Shown one piece after another: positions 43,285 to 47,498 of a stretch of DNA of 47,498 bases. The stretch comes from a virus (Duplodnaviria; Caudoviricetes). The position numbers and the translations under genes are program-made. The stretch covers positions 1 to 47,498 of IMG/VR virus record IMGVR_UViG_3300037349_000242. One strand, given 5' to 3'. Position 1 is the first letter of the stretch; each line of letters begins with the position of its first letter. The notes below the pieces were generated by a model, which worked only from the letters and a program-made list of their open reading frames with translations, did not search any database and was not told the DNA's origin.

Positions 43285-43851
43285 ATGATGCGAGCGATCC
43301 TCGCCACGGGAATCCTGCTGTTTTCGGTCATCGTTTCACTTCCCGCGCATGCTTCGTATTTGATTTCGTCCGGAAGCGGGAAGGTTCATTCCTGGCACGA
43401 GAGGGGCGCAGCGGCTGTCAACGGTCACCACGCCGTTGTGCACGAGGCAGCGCGCTCCGGAAACGTTCATTCCAAAGCCGGCGCATCGGCATCGGTTGCC
43501 CCGCAATACGCAGCGGCATTCCAGGCGCTGATTGACGATCTCGAGGCCCACGGCGCCGTCATCAAGTTCATGGGCGGCTACCGGGCCGGCAGCCATTGCG
43601 ACCAGGGCCACAAGCATCCGTGCGGCATGGCACTCGATGTCTGCCAGTACGCGCGCGACGTAGTCGACGGCAAATGCTCGCTGCCCGGCCGCTCTGCCGA
43701 GAACGAGATCGCCTCCCGTCACGGCCTGTTCCATGGCGCGCAGTGGTGCAATCCAGACCGCGGGCATTTCGAAGCTGGCGGCAGTGCCACATGCGGACAT
43801 GGATGGGCTACGGCTCGAAGGCCGCAGCGATATGCGCGCAACCGTTTCTGA
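43285..43851 (+). CDS. Secreted M15-type (LAS family) peptidoglycan peptidase-like protein
   Basis: Signal ends PAHA|S; GGYR, H-x6-D (HPCGMALD) and D-x2-H (DRGHFE) Zn-ligand pattern. Confidence 0.7.
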   Translation: MMRAILATGILLFSVIVSLPAHASYLISSGSGKVHSWHERGAAAVNGHHAVVHEAARSGNVHSKAGASASVAPQYAAAFQALIDDLEAHGAVIKFMGGYRAGSHCDQGHKHPCGMALDVCQYARDVVDGKCSLPGRSAENEIASRHGLFHGAQWCNPDRGHFEAGGSATCGHGWATARRPQRYARNRF

Positions 43852-43858
43852 TCGTCCG

Positions 43859-44398
43859 ATGCCCTTCAACCCCGAAACGTGGCCGAACGATGAGAACGAA
43901 TTTCCTTACTTCGCGCTTCGTCAGATGAGTGACCCGCACCGCGACGTCAATCACACGTTTCAGAACATCATCGTGGCGCTGTCGGCCGGCTTCGTGGTTG
44001 CGGCCGTGGCTGTGGTTCTGTTTCTGGTGCTGCTGTACGCGGCGCCATCTCACGCCCGCGACCTGAATGGCGAGCATGCCAACGATCCGCTGCATGAGTG
44101 GTTCGACCAGTTGGCGAGCGGCAAAGGTCTTTGCTGTTCGTTCGCGGACGGCGAGACCGTCAAGGACGTCGACTGGGACACCGCGCAGTCCTGCGAAAAC
44201 GGCAGCGGCGGCTCGGGCATGCAGTCGGTCCCGGTCTGCCACCAGCACTATCGCGTGCGGCTTAAAGGTGAATGGATTGTCGTTCCCGACAATGCACTGG
44301 TCACCGAACCAAACAAGTATGGCGCCGCCGTTGTTTGGCCTTACGAGAGCGAAGGCCAGACTCTGATCCGGTGCTTTATGCCGGGAGCCGGCACATGA
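43859..44398 (+). CDS. Membrane-anchored or secreted Cys-containing hypothetical protein (start uncertain)
   Basis: TM segment ends PSHA|R; WFDQL....CCSFADG...YRVRL.GEWI.VP...IRCFMPG. Confidence 0.7.
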   Translation: MPFNPETWPNDENEFPYFALRQMSDPHRDVNHTFQNIIVALSAGFVVAAVAVVLFLVLLYAAPSHARDLNGEHANDPLHEWFDQLASGKGLCCSFADGETVKDVDWDTAQSCENGSGGSGMQSVPVCHQHYRVRLKGEWIVVPDNALVTEPNKYGAAVVWPYESEGQTLIRCFMPGAGT

Positions 44399-44901
44399 CC
44401 GCGCGCCGCTGGCATGACTTCCACATGCGGTGCCTGCTGGTTGGCGGCGGCATCGTGGTCGCGGCCGTTCTGATCATCATTTGCGGAGCGGCGTTCGGTG
44501 CGGACCTGCCCGACGCCAGACTGACGCCAGGCAAAGCCGATCCGGCGCTGACCGCCGGCAAGCTGTGCGCAAAGACATTCCGCACATCGAGTGTCCGCGC
44601 GGTATCACAGGCAACCAAGCGCAAGGTCTATGCCGCCTATCACATGGCAGTCGGCAAGAAGCCGTGCCCATGCGAGATCGATCATCTGATCAGTCTCGAG
44701 ATCGGCGGCAGCAACGATCCGAAAAACCTCTGGCCGCAGTCCTTTGGCACAAAGCCATGGAATGCACACGTCAAGGACAGACTGGAAAACCAGCTCCACA
44801 AGCTCGTTTGCGCGGGGCAACTCCCGCTCGCCGACGCGCAGCATCAGATCGCTGCGGACTGGATCGCTGCCTACAAAACCCACATCGGAACTCCGAAATG
44901 A
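44395..44901 (+). CDS. HNH nuclease with N-terminal signal/TM segment
   Basis: EIDHLISLEIGGSNDPKNLWPQ; hydrophobic segment ends AAFG|A; ATGA coupling. Confidence 0.8.
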   Translation: MTARRWHDFHMRCLLVGGGIVVAAVLIIICGAAFGADLPDARLTPGKADPALTAGKLCAKTFRTSSVRAVSQATKRKVYAAYHMAVGKKPCPCEIDHLISLEIGGSNDPKNLWPQSFGTKPWNAHVKDRLENQLHKLVCAGQLPLADAQHQIAADWIAAYKTHIGTPK

Positions 44902-45626
44902 GCGTGAACAGGCCCTGTTGCATCGACATTTATTCCGGCGATAACGTAAGCGACGATCCGACCCCGCTTGCGGGTTTCGGGCTGGTCAAAGCGTCAGGCA
45001 TCGCCTTTCTCTTCCATAAGGCGAGCGAGGGGACCGCCTATCACGATCCGCGCTATGCCGTCCGGCGGCTGGCGTGGATGAGCGGTCCCGCAATCGCCGT
45101 AACCGATGTGGATGGCGCCTCGTTAAGCCTGCCGCCGCGCTGGGGCGCCTATCACTTCTTCCACGGTCAAGATCCTGCCGCAGAGGCGAAGTCGTTCCTT
45201 GCCGCCGCAGCGCTGACGCCGGCCGATGCGGCGTGCTGCGACTGGGAGAACGTAGGGGCGAGCGGCTATGTGCCGTCGGCAAGCGCGGTTGATGCGTTCT
45301 GCAACCGCGTCGAGGACGCGATCGGGCGCCCCTGCTGGGTCTACGGCGGCAACGTTCCGCGCGAGCAACTTACGTCGCGTCTGACGCAGGGCATGATCGA
45401 CCGGTTTGCGAAACGGCCGCTCTGGTTTTGCGAATATGCGTCCGTCCTGCAGGGCGTACCGCTGCCGTGGCAAAGCATCGGACCTGCGCTGTGGCAGGAC
45501 GACGGCGACACCTACGGCCCCGGCCCGCATCGAATCCCCGGCATCACGACGCTCTGTGACAATTCGACGGTCGTCGGTTCGATGACGATCGCAAAACTCA
45601 ATGCAATCTGGAGCGGCAAACCATGA
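44898..45626 (+). CDS. Endolysin, GH25-type muramidase
   Basis: IDIY, HKASEG, GAYHFF, DWE, VYG, RPLW..EY, LWQ and D.S motifs. Confidence 0.88.
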   Translation: MSVNRPCCIDIYSGDNVSDDPTPLAGFGLVKASGIAFLFHKASEGTAYHDPRYAVRRLAWMSGPAIAVTDVDGASLSLPPRWGAYHFFHGQDPAAEAKSFLAAAALTPADAACCDWENVGASGYVPSASAVDAFCNRVEDAIGRPCWVYGGNVPREQLTSRLTQGMIDRFAKRPLWFCEYASVLQGVPLPWQSIGPALWQDDGDTYGPGPHRIPGITTLCDNSTVVGSMTIAKLNAIWSGKP

Positions 45627-45994
45627 GCTACTGGCTCGTCTGGCCCGTCGGCATTTTTATATGGATGGCGGTCGGCCTTGCGCTGTTCGCCGTTTTTGAA
45701 GCCAAGGCGCTGAAACACGGCGCGCGGGCAAATCAGATCACACTGTCGATGTTCGTCTACACGGTCGGATCAAAATTCCCGCTTTCGATCCTTATTGGCG
45801 GACTGATGGTCGGATTGTCCATTGGCATCCTGAGCACGCATTTTTTTTGGCACTGGTGCCCGCCCGGATCGGTCAGCAGCGGCATGCTTGAATTTCCGAT
45901 GACCACAACAAATGACCTGGTGCTTAGGACCCAAGTGCCGTTGATCGCATGCAATGACGTGACTTGTCCAACTTTCGTGGAGATACGAAAATGA
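45623..45994 (+). CDS. Holin-like membrane protein
   Basis: At least two hydrophobic helices; coupled to the endolysin gene. Confidence 0.55.
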   Translation: MSYWLVWPVGIFIWMAVGLALFAVFEAKALKHGARANQITLSMFVYTVGSKFPLSILIGGLMVGLSIGILSTHFFWHWCPPGSVSSGMLEFPMTTTNDLVLRTQVPLIACNDVTCPTFVEIRK

Positions 45995-46899
45995 ACGATC
46001 AAGAGAAAATGAACATCGTGCGTCAGTTGCTTACCGCGTTCTTCGCGATGATCACGGCACTCGTGCCTAGCCTTGCCACTTCGGCCCAGTTCACGATCCT
46101 GCAGGCCTCGCTGCTTGCCGCTATCCCCGCGTTGTGCACGCTTGGCAGCATCATCTGGTCGGCCTACGCGCACTGGAACATGAAAAAGGTTCCTGATCAG
46201 GCCACGGCCGTCATTCTACCGGGCGGCCCGGAACCCAAGGGCACCACGATCAACCTCACGCCCATGACCGGGCTCGCCAAGGTCGTCGGCGCACTGCTGA
46301 TCGGCTTTATCCTGCTGCAGGCCATGCCGGCGTTCGCTGCCGTGGTTGCAAAGCCGGCCCCGGCTCCGTCGGTTGATCCGCTGACCGCTCTCATGAACCA
46401 GATTGAGAATATCCAGTCGACGTCGATCGCCAACGTGGTCGCTGCGCTGCAGGAAGCCGACAAGGACGCTGCAACGATCATCGTCCCGGCGATCGCGGCC
46501 GCTCCCGCTTCTGCTGATGGCTCAGTTCCGGCGACCGCCGCGCAGCCCGCGCAGGTCAAAGACCCGATCGCGCACGCCTGCTATCCGGCGCAGATCCAGT
46601 ATCTGCAGTCGCTGCCGACGGCCAAGCCGATCCAGTCGCCGCCGCCGTATAATCTGATCGTGCTGTTCCAGTACAAGCGGGATTTTGTGAACCTGCTCCT
46701 GAGCGGTCAACTTGTTCCGCCGTATCTCAAGCTCGGCTGCTCGGCGATGCTGGGGCAGGAGGCTTTGATCTTCGGAGCCACGCTCGGGCTGATCGGCATC
46801 GCGCCGGCGATCATTGCGCCGATCACCGCTTTCGGCAGCGGCCTTGGGGCGGCTGCCCTGTCCATCCCGGCAATCGGCGTGCTGGCGGTGCCGAAATGA
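45991..46899 (+). CDS. Multi-pass membrane protein of the lysis region
   Basis: Three N-terminal hydrophobic segments, a soluble domain with 2 Cys and a long hydrophobic C-terminus; GGAG RBS. Confidence 0.7.
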   Translation: MNDQEKMNIVRQLLTAFFAMITALVPSLATSAQFTILQASLLAAIPALCTLGSIIWSAYAHWNMKKVPDQATAVILPGGPEPKGTTINLTPMTGLAKVVGALLIGFILLQAMPAFAAVVAKPAPAPSVDPLTALMNQIENIQSTSIANVVAALQEADKDAATIIVPAIAAAPASADGSVPATAAQPAQVKDPIAHACYPAQIQYLQSLPTAKPIQSPPPYNLIVLFQYKRDFVNLLLSGQLVPPYLKLGCSAMLGQEALIFGATLGLIGIAPAIIAPITAFGSGLGAAALSIPAIGVLAVPK

Positions 46900-47216
46900 G
46901 TCCTGGAATGCACCCTGAACAATTGCACCCTTCGGACGTTAGTATGAACCGCCCGGAGGACAACATGCGCTACGACCGCAATTGGACGGTGGACAAGCAT
47001 ATCCCCGTAGCTCTCCTCATCGGGTTGCTGATACAGACCGGCGGTGCCTTCTGGTGGGCATCGTCGGTGACAACCCGCGTTGCGGTTCTCGAGGAAAAAT
47101 ATGTCACTCTGGCGCCGCTCATTGCCACGCTGGCGGAACTGCGGACCACGCTGGCCGATTTGAAAGACGATGTGAAAGACATCAAGACGTCGCTGCGGCC
47201 GCTGCCACCCAAGTGA
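46896..47216 (+). CDS. TM plus coiled-coil lysis-associated protein (alternative start 46965)
   Basis: W.VDK.IPVALLIGLLIQT...WWAS....RV..LE; GGAGGA precedes ATG 46965. Confidence 0.7.
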   Translation: MSPGMHPEQLHPSDVSMNRPEDNMRYDRNWTVDKHIPVALLIGLLIQTGGAFWWASSVTTRVAVLEEKYVTLAPLIATLAELRTTLADLKDDVKDIKTSLRPLPPK

Positions 47217-47232
47217 TTTGCCGCATTTCCCC

Positions 47233-47261
47233 AAGCCCCGCCCGGTCGGCGGGGCTTTTTT
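47233..47261 (+). terminator. Intrinsic terminator ending the late operon
   Basis: AAGCCCCGCC-CGGTC-GGCGGGGCTT followed by TTTT. Confidence 0.9.
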
Positions 47262-47420
47262 GCTTTTCAGGGGTTCAGTGCGGGGAAATGATCTTCGCTT
47301 ACAATCGCGGTCCTGCTACGCCGAAATGCAGCCCTAAAGCTATCAAAGAGATCAGCCACAATCCATCTGAGTGCATGATTAAGTTCTCTGCTCAGGAATG
47401 CGATGTTGTGAATGTCAGTG

Positions 47421-47498
47421 TTAGCCTGCTGGGTCTGGCGGCAGGTCCATCCAGTGTGTGAAGGGTCCGTAGTGTCCTGGTCCGCCTTGTTCGCAGCC
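47421..47498 (-). CDS. 3' end of a convergent gene with a DUF551-like C-terminus
   Basis: Minus strand reads ...GPFTHWMDLPPDPAG*, matching the THWMPLPxPP phage motif. Confidence 0.65.
   Translation of the reverse strand, partial: GCEQGGPGHYGPFTHWMDLPPDPAG

Noticed and set aside
44430-44897. 5' extension of the endolysin ORF
   Set aside because: It overlaps the HNH gene in another frame; the GH25 motifs begin right after ATG 44898.
46982-47461. 159-aa ORF crossing the terminator
   Set aside because: It overlaps a better-supported gene, runs through the terminator and into a convergent gene end.
1-47498. tRNA, rRNA, integrase, att sites or CRISPR array
   Set aside because: None recognised by eye. 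Prophage versus free phage cannot be decided from this window.

Overview
The window is almost entirely the + strand late (packaging, head, tail, lysis) operon of a podovirus or prophage of the epsilon15/BPP-1 type. The host is probably an alphaproteobacterium, inferred from the high GC content, the ANDN-type ssrA-like tags and the style of the hypothetical proteins. Gene order: small and large terminase, portal, Bbp19-like protein, scaffold, major capsid, Bbp16-like cement, an accessory block of about 11 kb, epsilon15 gp10-like staple, adaptor, nozzle, internal virion proteins (one with a lysozyme domain, one polyvalent with ART and zincin domains), three fibre/spike genes, lysis genes and an intrinsic terminator. 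The 3' end of a convergent gene closes the window. Three free-standing HNH genes interrupt the head module. Unusual features: (1) all three fibre/spike proteins and most large accessory proteins have Sec-type signal peptides and paired cysteines; (2) two large exported proteins end in a genome-encoded ssrA-like tag (RDxxPA(S)NDN...AAA); (3) a W-Y-G-K/R motif is shared by four small proteins and resembles the scaffold C-terminus; (4) small genes carry copies of capsid, terminase-tail and scaffold segments; (5) a +1 frame break at CCC-T splits a putative glycoside hydrolase; (6) a structured intergenic element shares sequence with the capsid leader. All family calls are from motif recognition by eye; no searches were run.
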